From the IMG/VR virus record IMGVR_UViG_3300028416_000004, positions 124,001 through 188,000 of that record: DNA of 64,000 nucleotides; one strand, 5' to 3'. The position numbers were made by a program, and so were the translations under genes. Shown here piece by piece: positions 28,032 through 36,961 of this stretch; position 1 is the first letter of the stretch, and the number at the start of each line of letters is the position of its first letter. Below the pieces are notes generated by a model. The model worked only from the letters and a program-made list of their open reading frames with translations. It was not told the origin of the DNA and ran no database searches.

Positions 28032-28901
28032 ATGAAAAATAAAATTAAAGTCATAGTCCCATTTTATAATCCAGGAAAGTTTCTAGATAGGTGTATAAAT
28101 TCTTTGCTAACTCAAGATTATGATAACTATGAAATTCTTTTTATAGATGATTGTTCTACAGATGATTCTTTTTCTAAAATACCTGCTGTAAAATATAAAG
28201 GTGATAGTGAAGGAAATCTTTTGATGGATGATAATGGAGAACCTATAGTTGAAAGTAAACATCACTTATTAGACAAAACTAATTGTAGCAATATTTTAGC
28301 TTGGAGGTCTGGGGAAAGAATTACTGCTCTTCCTAATTTGCATAACGGAATAATGAGGTTTGCTACAGACTCAGAAGATATTGTTGTAATTGTAAATGGA
28401 GATGATTGGCTTGTTAATAAGAGAGTTTTATCTCAAATTAATGATTTTTATAACAAAAATGAAGAGTGTTGGTTAATGTATGGGAATTCAAAAAGTTCTA
28501 ACAATAGTCAAACATATAATCATAAAGAGTATACAAAAGAAGAATTTGAGGATTTAAGAAAAATACCTTTTATAATACCTCACATAAGAACTTTTAAAGC
28601 TGGTCTTTATAGTAAAATTGCAGAACAAGATGAAAATTTTGAATGTATGAAAGATAAATCAGGCAATTGGTATAAAGTTAAATATGATGTTTGTATGTTT
28701 TTACCCATGTTTGAAATGGCTGGTAAGGAGCATGTGTTCTTTAATAAAGAAGAAATGTATATACACAATGTAGATAATCCAATATCCGATAATAGACTAC
28801 AAAGAGAATTGCAGTTAACTACCTATATTGATGTTAATAGAAAGAAAAGTTTCGAAAAATTAGAAAGTTATAAAACAGAAAAATTAGAAGAAAATGATTA
28901 A
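28032..28901 (+). CDS. Glycosyltransferase family 2
   Basis: VIVPFYN, LLTQDYDNYEILFIDDCSTD, VNGDDWL. Confidence 0.88.
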   Translation: MKNKIKVIVPFYNPGKFLDRCINSLLTQDYDNYEILFIDDCSTDDSFSKIPAVKYKGDSEGNLLMDDNGEPIVESKHHLLDKTNCSNILAWRSGERITALPNLHNGIMRFATDSEDIVVIVNGDDWLVNKRVLSQINDFYNKNEECWLMYGNSKSSNNSQTYNHKEYTKEEFEDLRKIPFIIPHIRTFKAGLYSKIAEQDENFECMKDKSGNWYKVKYDVCMFLPMFEMAGKEHVFFNKEEMYIHNVDNPISDNRLQRELQLTTYIDVNRKKSFEKLESYKTEKLEEND

Positions 28902-29676
28902 TGGTATAATAATTTCACAAAACAATCCAGTACAATTAAACCTTTTATTATCATCTATTGATGTAAATTCAAATGATATTTTTGATTTGAGTGTTGTATA
29001 TACTTCTACAAACTATAGTTATAATTTAGGTTATGAAAAGTTAATCAAGAAATATCCTAAAATTAATTGGGTAGAAGGGGTAGAAGATTTTAAAGAAAAA
29101 ATTTTAGACTTATTAGAAAAGTCAAAAAGTGATTATACTTGTTTCTTTACAGATGACAATATTCTTTTTAGTAAAGTTAAGGAAGAAGATTTGGTTACTC
29201 AATTGAGAGATGATAAAGATACATTTTGTTTCTCTATGAGGTTAGGTAAAAATACTATAAAGTGTCATACGATGGATGCTGATAATATTATAAGACCTAA
29301 CTATGAAGATGATAAGTACATTATGTGGGATTGGCAAGTTCATTATTTGGATTTTGGTTATCCTTTATCTTTAAATGGACATATCTTTAGAACAAAAGAA
29401 ATAAAGAAGTTGACAAAAAAAGTTTCTTTTAGTTCTTTGGAAGATTATGAGAGCGGATTACAAATATTTGATAATTTCCCCAGAAAAAATATGTCTTCTT
29501 TCAAAGAGAGTGTTTTAGTTAGTGGTTTAGCAAAAGAAACTGAAAGTATTGAAAAATTAAACACTTCTTTTATATTGGATGACTTAGAAGTTGACTATAA
29601 AAATATGGATTTTAATCAAATTGAAGGATGTTATCAAGAGTTAGATTTTCCTTTAAACAAATTTGAATTAATTTAA
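28894..29676 (+). CDS. GT-A-fold glycosyltransferase-like protein
   Basis: IIISQNNPVQLNLLLSSI, FFTDDNI (DxD-like), FGYPLSLNGHIFR. Confidence 0.6.
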   Translation: MINGIIISQNNPVQLNLLLSSIDVNSNDIFDLSVVYTSTNYSYNLGYEKLIKKYPKINWVEGVEDFKEKILDLLEKSKSDYTCFFTDDNILFSKVKEEDLVTQLRDDKDTFCFSMRLGKNTIKCHTMDADNIIRPNYEDDKYIMWDWQVHYLDFGYPLSLNGHIFRTKEIKKLTKKVSFSSLEDYESGLQIFDNFPRKNMSSFKESVLVSGLAKETESIEKLNTSFILDDLEVDYKNMDFNQIEGCYQELDFPLNKFELI

Positions 29677-29680
29677 TGAT

Positions 29681-29974
29681 ATGAAACCAATAATAGTTCA
29701 CTATATAAATATAGGAAATTTAGATAATGTAGAAGTTTCAGAATATATTAATAATATAAAACAAACTTTTACATATAATGAAGAATATCATAGTATTTTT
29801 ATTCCTATTAGAAACAAAGAAACATATATTGACTGTTTAAATCCTATTGTATTACCAGAAGAAGAAAGAGAAAAATATATTAAAAAAATAGAAAATCTTA
29901 AAAAAAATGTAGAGGAAATGTTGAAAGAATTTCCTTTTTTAAACAAAAATGAACTTTTAATCGAAAAGAAATGA
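29681..29974 (+). CDS. Hypothetical protein
   Basis: 97-aa ORF coupled within the GT operon. Confidence 0.6.
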   Translation: MKPIIVHYINIGNLDNVEVSEYINNIKQTFTYNEEYHSIFIPIRNKETYIDCLNPIVLPEEEREKYIKKIENLKKNVEEMLKEFPFLNKNELLIEKK

Positions 29975-30684
29975 AAAAATTTTCAGAAAGAAATATTCAA
30001 GAAGGTTGGAGTGTAATAGTACCAGCTTATCAGGCACAAAAATATATTGAAAGTTGTTTAGATTCAATTCAAAATCAAACATTATTTCAAAAAAAAGATA
30101 ATTATGAAATTTTATTAGGTATAGATGGTTGTTTAGATACATTAAATGAAGTAAAGAAAATAAAAAATAAATACAAAAACTTAAAAGTTATAAATTTCAA
30201 AGAGAATAAAGGTACTTTTGTAACTTTAAACTCTTTACTTAATAATGTAAATTTTGACAAAACTATAACTGTTGGTGCTGATGATATTCAAATAAATAAT
30301 TTGTTAGAAACTGTAGAGCCTCACTTAAAAGAAAATGACTTAGTTTTGTATCATTGTCAAAATTTTACTGAAGATGGTAAGAATAGTTTAAGTCCAAAAG
30401 AAATGGAAGGTATAGCTGCTGTCAAATGGAGCGTATGGAAAGAAATAGGTGGTTATAAAGCTTGGAAAGTGGGTGCTGATAGTGATTTTGAAATGAGAAC
30501 TAAAAAATTTAAGAGATATATAATCAGAAAACCTCTTTATTTAAGAAGAATTCATTCTGAATCCTTAACTCAAAAAAGAGAAACTGGTTATGGTAGTGAA
30601 TATAGAAAAAGTATCACTAAAAAATTAGCTAAAGATTTTGAATATATTGAACCAGAAATGAATGAAAATTTTGAAATAATATGA
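29971..30684 (+). CDS. Glycosyltransferase family 2
   Basis: SVIVPAY, CLDSIQNQ, GIDG, GADD, IGGY...GADSDF, RRIH..SLT. Confidence 0.88.
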   Translation: MKKFSERNIQEGWSVIVPAYQAQKYIESCLDSIQNQTLFQKKDNYEILLGIDGCLDTLNEVKKIKNKYKNLKVINFKENKGTFVTLNSLLNNVNFDKTITVGADDIQINNLLETVEPHLKENDLVLYHCQNFTEDGKNSLSPKEMEGIAAVKWSVWKEIGGYKAWKVGADSDFEMRTKKFKRYIIRKPLYLRRIHSESLTQKRETGYGSEYRKSITKKLAKDFEYIEPEMNENFEII

Positions 30685-31349
30685 AATTAAAAGTAGTAGG
30701 AATTGCAAGTTTGCCTGAAAGAGAAGAATGCCTTAGAGATACTGTAAATTCTCTATATAATCAAGTAGATAAAATTATAGTAGGATTAAACAATTATAAA
30801 GAAGTGCCTAGTTTCTTAAAAAAAGAAAAAATAGAAAGTTATTTATTGGATAACTCCTTAGGAGATGCTGCTAAATTTTACAAAGTAGATGAATATAAAG
30901 GTCATTTTTATTTTGCGTGTGATGATGATTTGATATATAAAAAAAATTATATTGAGCATTTATTAAAAAACAACAACCCAGTAATTGGTATTCATGCTTC
31001 AATAATAAAATATCCTTGTAAAAATTATTATAAAGACAGAATAGTTTTGCATTCAAATTCTGCATTAGACAAAGATACTGAAGTAGATGTTATAGGTACT
31101 GGTTGTTGTAGAATAGATTTAGAAGTTTTAGATTTAAAATTAAAAGATTTTAAAACACCAAATAAAGCAGATATATATTTATCGGATATTTGCAAAAAAC
31201 AAAATGTAAAAATGATAAGTATTGCAAGAAAAGCTAAAGAGTTTTTTATATACAATCCAAAAATGAAAAATAAATATACAATATATGATGATTTACACTC
31301 TAAAGAAACACCTATACATTGTGAAATAATTAAAAAATGGGAAAAATAA
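30681..31349 (+). CDS. GT-A-fold glycosyltransferase
   Basis: IASLPER...TVNSLYNQVD, GDAAKF, CDDDLIY, GTG. Confidence 0.75.
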   Translation: MKLKVVGIASLPEREECLRDTVNSLYNQVDKIIVGLNNYKEVPSFLKKEKIESYLLDNSLGDAAKFYKVDEYKGHFYFACDDDLIYKKNYIEHLLKNNNPVIGIHASIIKYPCKNYYKDRIVLHSNSALDKDTEVDVIGTGCCRIDLEVLDLKLKDFKTPNKADIYLSDICKKQNVKMISIARKAKEFFIYNPKMKNKYTIYDDLHSKETPIHCEIIKKWEK

Positions 31350-31350
31350 A

Positions 31351-31941
31351 ATGATAAATTTAGAAAAAACAAAAACTTTTGTTATAAACTTAGATAGAAG
31401 AGTAGATAGAATATCTGAAATAAAATTACCTTTAAAATGGGAAAGGTTTTCAGCAACTGATGGCAAAGAAAGTTTCTCAAATAAACCAATGTTTGAAAGA
31501 GGTTGGAGAGGATGTAGAGATTCGCATATAAGATTGTTGGAAAAAGTAAAAGAGTTAGATGAAGATTTTTTTATAATTTTTGAAGATGATGTTGAAGTTG
31601 GTGAAAATTTTATTAATGATTTAGAAAAAATAACTAAAACTTTACCAGAAAATTGGGATTTATTATTTTTAGGTGGTTGGAATGTTGGAGATAAAATTAA
31701 ATATAATGATTTTTTATATTTAGCTAAAAAAGTATATTGTACACACGCTTTTATTATTAGAAAAGAGATTGTTGAAAAAATGTTAAACAAATTTAAAGAA
31801 AGAGAATTTAAAGTTGATGTGTTATTATCTGAATTATTACCTAACATTAATTCTTTTATATGCAATCCAACAATAGCATGGCAAAAGCCAGGATTTTCAG
31901 ATATAGAAAATATTATAACTAATAATAAACATTTAAGATAA
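31351..31941 (+). CDS. Glycosyltransferase family 25
   Basis: FVINLDRRVDR, RFSATDG, GC..SH, IFEDD, WDLLFLG, THAF. Confidence 0.88.
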   Translation: MINLEKTKTFVINLDRRVDRISEIKLPLKWERFSATDGKESFSNKPMFERGWRGCRDSHIRLLEKVKELDEDFFIIFEDDVEVGENFINDLEKITKTLPENWDLLFLGGWNVGDKIKYNDFLYLAKKVYCTHAFIIRKEIVEKMLNKFKEREFKVDVLLSELLPNINSFICNPTIAWQKPGFSDIENIITNNKHLR

Positions 31942-31943
31942 TT

Positions 31944-32543
31944 ATGCCAATATCACATAAAAATAAATTAATTTTTATACATATCCCAAAGAATGCTGGG
32001 ACATCAATAACTGACTCAGAAGGGATGAATTTTTCTTTTAAAGGTCATCATTTGCCTTCTTTTTATAAAAGTAACTTTCCAAATCAATGGGAAAATTATA
32101 TAAAGTTTTGTGTTATTAGAAATCCTTGGGATAGAGTAGTGTCTAATTATGAATACGCTAGAATGCCTGAAAGTCATTGGCATTCAGTTAGTGGTAATTC
32201 TATATATGGAGCTCACCCAGATTATAAAAATTTAATAAAACTTAACTTTAAAGAAACTTTACAAGCTTTTAAAGAAGATAATAACTTTTTAAAACATCAA
32301 GGTTGGGAATCTCAAAATAAGTATATTTATAATAATGAAGGTTTGATGTTATTGGATTACGTTTTTAAATTAGAAGATATTGAGTTAGATTTAAAATTTA
32401 AAAAAATAATTCCTAACTTAAGTGTTAAAAATGTAAGTAAAAAAAGTTATAAAAAATATAAAGATTATTATGATAATGAAACTAAAGATATTGTTTCTGA
32501 GATATATGCTAAAGATATAGAATTATTTAAATTTAAATTTTAA
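31944..32543 (+). CDS. Carbohydrate sulfotransferase (Sulfotransfer_2 family)
   Basis: 5'-PSB motif FIHIPKNAGTSI; 3'-PB motif RNPWDRVVSNY; Y..D.ELF.F C-terminus. Confidence 0.9.
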   Translation: MPISHKNKLIFIHIPKNAGTSITDSEGMNFSFKGHHLPSFYKSNFPNQWENYIKFCVIRNPWDRVVSNYEYARMPESHWHSVSGNSIYGAHPDYKNLIKLNFKETLQAFKEDNNFLKHQGWESQNKYIYNNEGLMLLDYVFKLEDIELDLKFKKIIPNLSVKNVSKKSYKKYKDYYDNETKDIVSEIYAKDIELFKFKF

Positions 32544-33391
32544 TGAAAAAAATATTTTTTATAAACAATTGGAATGAAGACAATCGAAAACTTTTAGAAA
32601 GATATTCCAAACAAACTCCAAATAGTGATGGTGTTTGGAAAGATTTGGTTGGAACAATAAATATGAATGAAGCTGATTATTTTATTGTCTTAGAAGTTTT
32701 TGCAACAAATACTCCAATTGAAAAAACAATTTTTATAAAAAGAGAACCAAATTATATAAGACCTTATAGAAATTTAAAATATAAACATATAGTAGATTAT
32801 AATTTAAAAAATACTGGTGTCACTTATTGGTTGAATAAATCTTATAAACAATTAACAGAATTAAAATATCCAAATAAAAGTAAAAAGATTAGTTGTGTTG
32901 CCTCTTCAAAACATACTCACAGAAATGAATATATTAAAAATTTATTTAAAACAAAAAATAATATTGAATTATATGGAAAGGGTCACAATGAAAAATATTA
33001 TGGCGATAATTATAAGGGCATTTTAAATTATGATGGAAATTGTAAATTTGAAGGTTTAATTGATTATGAATATACTATTGTTATGGAAAATTCACAACAA
33101 AAAAATTATTGGACTGAAAAGTTAGCTGATGCTTATTTGTCTTGGTGTATGCCAATTTATTGGGGGTGTCCAAATATAGAAAATTACTTTCCAAAAGATA
33201 GTTATAGATTAATTGATATTAATAGTAGTAATCCTTTAGATGATATAAATGAAATTATTAAAAAACCTTTAACAAAAACTGAAAAAAATTCACTAAAAGA
33301 AGCAAGGATGTTAATACTCAATGAATATAATATATGGGAAGTAATATATAAAAAAATAAAAGAAATTGAAAATAAAAAAATAATAATTTAA
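32543..33391 (+). CDS. Glycosyltransferase family 10 (fucosyltransferase-like)
   Basis: YEYTIVMENSQQKNYWTEKLADAY...PIYWGCPNI, the GT10 signature. Confidence 0.85.
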   Translation: MKKIFFINNWNEDNRKLLERYSKQTPNSDGVWKDLVGTINMNEADYFIVLEVFATNTPIEKTIFIKREPNYIRPYRNLKYKHIVDYNLKNTGVTYWLNKSYKQLTELKYPNKSKKISCVASSKHTHRNEYIKNLFKTKNNIELYGKGHNEKYYGDNYKGILNYDGNCKFEGLIDYEYTIVMENSQQKNYWTEKLADAYLSWCMPIYWGCPNIENYFPKDSYRLIDINSSNPLDDINEIIKKPLTKTEKNSLKEARMLILNEYNIWEVIYKKIKEIENKKIII

Positions 33392-33405
33392 ATAATAATA
33401 ATAAT

Positions 33406-34029
33406 ATGAAGTTTTATAGTCAATATGGTCAAGATAAATGGTTATATGAAAAATATTTTAAAAATAAAAAAAATGGTGTATTCTTAGAGATAGGTGCAGA
33501 TGATGGAATAGATAAAAGTAATACAAAATTTTTTGAAGATATTGGATGGTATGGGATGTGTATAGAACCCAGCCCTAAACGCTTTAAATTACTTGAGAAT
33601 AATAGAACATGTATATGTGAAAATTACGCACTATCTAATAAGGTTGATGAAGTTGATTTTATGGATATATCAGGGTGGGGCAAAGGTTTAAGTGGAATAG
33701 TTGACTCTTATGATGAAAAACATAAAAAAAGAATTGAGCAAGAAATAAAAAATCCTAAAAATAAAGGAATTGAAATTATAAAAGTTAAAACAGAATTGTT
33801 AAATAATTTATTAAATAAGCATAATATTAATGAGATTGATTTTTGCACTATAGATACTGAAGGTGGTGAAATTGATATAATAAAAAGTATAGATTTCGAC
33901 AAAGTGAAAATAAAATTAATTATTGTTGAAAATAATTATAACAATACTTTAATTCAAAAAATATTATCAAATAATGGATATCAGTTGATAAAAAAAATAA
34001 ATGTTGATGATATATATGAAAAAAAATAA
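33406..34029 (+). CDS. FkbM-family SAM methyltransferase
   Basis: YSQYGQD, FLEIGADDG..SNT, GW.G.CIEP, IDTEGGE. Confidence 0.9.
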   Translation: MKFYSQYGQDKWLYEKYFKNKKNGVFLEIGADDGIDKSNTKFFEDIGWYGMCIEPSPKRFKLLENNRTCICENYALSNKVDEVDFMDISGWGKGLSGIVDSYDEKHKKRIEQEIKNPKNKGIEIIKVKTELLNNLLNKHNINEIDFCTIDTEGGEIDIIKSIDFDKVKIKLIIVENNYNNTLIQKILSNNGYQLIKKINVDDIYEKK

Positions 34030-34038
34030 TATAAAACA

Positions 34039-34614
34039 ATGAATAAAAATATAATTTCTCAAAATTTTTTAATAACTCAAAAAGAAAGAATAGAAATATT
34101 AAAACAAAAACCTCAAGTTATTTGGTTAACTGGATTATCTGGTTCTGGTAAATCAACTATAGCAAATGAGTTAGCATCTAAATTGCATAATGAAGGTAAA
34201 TTAGCTTATATTTTAGATGGTGACAATGTTAGAATGGGTCTTAATAAAGATTTGAGTTTTTCTGATGATGATAGAAAGGAAAATATTAGAAGAATAGCTG
34301 AAGTTGCAAATTTAATGATTGATTTAGGTGCTATAGTTATCACAGCTTTCATTTCGCCATTTGAAAATGAAAGACAAATGGCTAAAGAGATAATAGGCAA
34401 AGATAATTTTGTTGAAATTTATATTAAAACACCATTAGAAACTTGTGAAGAGCGTGACCCAAAAGGGTTGTATAAAAAGGCTAGAGCTGGAGAAATACCT
34501 ATGTTTACAGGTATAGATTCACCTTATGAAGAACCTAAAAACCCTAATATGTTTATTAGAACAGACAAGATGAGTATAGAAGATAGTGTAGAATTTATTT
34601 ATAAAAATTTATGA
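34039..34614 (+). CDS. cysC: Adenylyl-sulfate (APS) kinase
   Basis: WLTGLSGSGKSTIA, LDGDNVR, DRKENIRR, FISPF, RDPKGLYKKARAGEI, FTGIDSPYEEP. Confidence 0.95.
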   Translation: MNKNIISQNFLITQKERIEILKQKPQVIWLTGLSGSGKSTIANELASKLHNEGKLAYILDGDNVRMGLNKDLSFSDDDRKENIRRIAEVANLMIDLGAIVITAFISPFENERQMAKEIIGKDNFVEIYIKTPLETCEERDPKGLYKKARAGEIPMFTGIDSPYEEPKNPNMFIRTDKMSIEDSVEFIYKNL

Positions 34615-35078
34615 GTTGGGAAAAGAAAAATCATGGAGGTGAACCCACCAAAAACAAAGATAAGAAATATGCGATATTCGTTGGTAGATATCAACCATAC
34701 CATTATGGGCATATCAATTTAATTCAACAAAAGTTGGATGAGGGTGTTCCAGTACTTATTATGGTTAGAGATATTGAACCAGATGAAAAGAATCCTTTTA
34801 CAACAGAACAAACTGTAAGTATGATTGAAAAGTATCATAATTCTAAAGGTGATGATGTAAAGGTAATGATTATACCTGATATTGAATCGGTTAATTATGG
34901 TAGAGGTGTAGGATACGAGATTAATGAATACAGACCAACAGAAGAGATTGGGTTTATTTCAGCCACTAAGATTAGGGAATCAATTAAAGAAGGTAATAAC
35001 TCTTGGAGAGAGATGGTTGATGAATCAATCCAGGGAGATGTTGAAAATTATTTATATGAAACTAGAAATAAGTCATAA
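34611..35078 (+). CDS. HxGH nucleotidyltransferase (cytidylyltransferase-like)
   Basis: GRYQPYHYGH, KNPF, ISATKIRE; 4-nt overlap with cysC. Confidence 0.8.
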   Translation: MSWEKKNHGGEPTKNKDKKYAIFVGRYQPYHYGHINLIQQKLDEGVPVLIMVRDIEPDEKNPFTTEQTVSMIEKYHNSKGDDVKVMIIPDIESVNYGRGVGYEINEYRPTEEIGFISATKIRESIKEGNNSWREMVDESIQGDVENYLYETRNKS

Positions 35079-35274
35079 AAGACATATTGCCAAAACTATA
35101 ACTTGGAGATTATTAGGAACAATAGATACTATAATAATTAGTTGGTTTTTGACAAATAATTGGATGATTGGTTTTTCAATTGGAGGTGTTGAAGTTATAA
35201 GTAAAATGATTCTTTATTATATTCATGAGAGATTATGGTATAAATCTAACTTTGGAATTAAAAGAAATAAATAA
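35056..35274 (+). CDS. DUF2061 small membrane protein
   Basis: In-frame ATG at 35056: SHKRHIAKTITWRLLGTIDT...K..LYYIHERLW. Confidence 0.85.
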   Translation: MKLEISHKRHIAKTITWRLLGTIDTIIISWFLTNNWMIGFSIGGVEVISKMILYYIHERLWYKSNFGIKRNK

Positions 35275-35277
35275 AAA

Positions 35278-35309
35278 TTTGTTTTTTATAAAAAAAAGTC
35301 TTTAATTTG
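35278..35309 (+). promoter_or_regulatory. Bacteroidota-type host promoter (TTTG-N20-TTAATTTG)
   Basis: TTTG 35278-35281, 20-nt spacer, TTAATTTG 35302-35309. Confidence 0.45.
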
Positions 35310-35338
35310 CTACTCAAATAATTAATAACAGTAGTTCA

Positions 35339-36952
35339 ATGAATTTTAAAGATATGACAAAAAGCGACATAAAACGCTTCACTAAAATTTATAAAGACAA
35401 AGAGTTAAGTTGGGACAAAAGAATGGAAAAGCTTATGAAACTAACTGGTAAAAGTGAAAGAACAGTTAGAAAGTGGGCTTCAGAAAAGTTGAACTTAAGC
35501 GAAAAAAAAGAAAGTATCCCAGAAGAGTATGTTAAAGCTCAAAAAAGAATTTTCAATAAAAAGAAAAAGAAATTTATTGTAACTTGGGCACAAAATAATA
35601 CTCCAGTAAATGAAAGGTTTTTCAAAAATTTAATTAAATATTCTAAACACATAGACGCAGATATACACGTTATTGCTGGACGTTATAAAAATCCAACATC
35701 TGTATGGTCTGATGAACAAGAAGAAGATGAAAGATGGGATGAAATGGTTCAACCATATCTTGATGCCAATAGACACGATATACATAAGTATGTTTCAATT
35801 ATGTCTGACATTAAGATTCATCCTACTGCAGTTAATCCAATGACTGGTATGCAATCTATTTCTGGTGTTAACTCTTGTATATTTGGCTCTCCTAAATTAC
35901 AAATGGAAATGATACCAGTAATAGAAGGTGAAAAGTCAAAAATGATGGTTACCACTGGAGCTTGTACTGAAAAAAATTATACTGATTCTAAAGCTGGAAA
36001 GAAAGGTGAGTTTCATCACGTAATAGGTTTTGTAGTAGTTGAAATTGAAGATGATGAAACATTTTATATAAGACAAGTTTCCGCTGAAGATAATGGTGAT
36101 TTTTTAGATTTGTACAAAGAGGTTACTTATGATGTTAAGAATTCAAAAACAATCATTAAAGATATTAAAGATATAGAAGCTTGTATTTTAGGTGATTTAC
36201 ACTGGGGACATCATGAACAAGAAGTGTTAGATGTTACTCATAAGATGTTAAATAAAATCAAACCTAAACATGTAGTTTTGCATGATGTTTTTGATGGATA
36301 TTCAATTTCACATCATGATATGAAAGACCCATTTATTCAATACTCAAAAGAGATAAATGATAAGAATAATCTTAAAAAAGAAGTTGATGAACTTTTAGAA
36401 GGTTTAGAAACTTTTGAAAAGTATGAAAATGTAGTTATTGTAAGAAGTAATCACGATGACTTTTTAGATAGATGGGTTAAAAATGAAGATTGGAAACGTC
36501 AACCAACCCCCAAAAATTCCCCTTTATATATGGAATACTCTTCTATTTTGTTGAAACAATATGCAGAACACCCTGAAAATGTAAAAGGTATTATACCTTC
36601 CATTATAAATAATAAATTTCCAAATTTCAAAACTTTAGGAAGAAGAGATTCATATAAAGTTTTAGATTGGGAATTAGGTCAACATGGAGATGTTGGTTCG
36701 AATGGTTCAAGAGGTAGTTTATTACAATATAGAAAATTAAATACAAAAATTGTTGTGGGTCATTACCATAGTCCACAAAGAAAGGATGGTGCTCTTGCAG
36801 TTGGTACTTCAACAAAATTAAGAGTAGGTTATAATAATGGTCCAAGTTCTTGGTTACAATCTCATGTTATAATTCATAAAAACGGAAAAGCACAACATAT
36901 TAATTTTTTTAAGAATAAAAAAGGAGATATAAATTATACAACATTTAAATAA
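35339..36952 (+). CDS. T5 A1-like metallophosphoesterase/nuclease with N-terminal HTH
   Basis: FIVTWAQNNTP, TTGACT.KNY..SKAGKK, GDLH, LHDVFD, SNHD, HGD.G.NGSRG, GHYHS, GYN.GPSSW: the motif series recalled for phage T5 A1 and calcineurin-like phosphoesterases. Confidence 0.8.
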   Translation: MNFKDMTKSDIKRFTKIYKDKELSWDKRMEKLMKLTGKSERTVRKWASEKLNLSEKKESIPEEYVKAQKRIFNKKKKKFIVTWAQNNTPVNERFFKNLIKYSKHIDADIHVIAGRYKNPTSVWSDEQEEDERWDEMVQPYLDANRHDIHKYVSIMSDIKIHPTAVNPMTGMQSISGVNSCIFGSPKLQMEMIPVIEGEKSKMMVTTGACTEKNYTDSKAGKKGEFHHVIGFVVVEIEDDETFYIRQVSAEDNGDFLDLYKEVTYDVKNSKTIIKDIKDIEACILGDLHWGHHEQEVLDVTHKMLNKIKPKHVVLHDVFDGYSISHHDMKDPFIQYSKEINDKNNLKKEVDELLEGLETFEKYENVVIVRSNHDDFLDRWVKNEDWKRQPTPKNSPLYMEYSSILLKQYAEHPENVKGIIPSIINNKFPNFKTLGRRDSYKVLDWELGQHGDVGSNGSRGSLLQYRKLNTKIVVGHYHSPQRKDGALAVGTSTKLRVGYNNGPSSWLQSHVIIHKNGKAQHINFFKNKKGDINYTTFK

Positions 36953-36961
36953 TATATAAAA

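Noticed and set aside
34924-35055. Longer start for the DUF2061 ORF
   Set aside because: It overlaps the nucleotidyltransferase gene by more than 150 nt; the DUF2061 signature begins after ATG 35056.
9952-35274. Bacterial chromosome or prophage-flank origin for glnS, folA, cysC and the GT cluster
   Set aside because: These genes are interleaved with virion genes in similarly AT-rich DNA, and no integrase or att boundary is visible.
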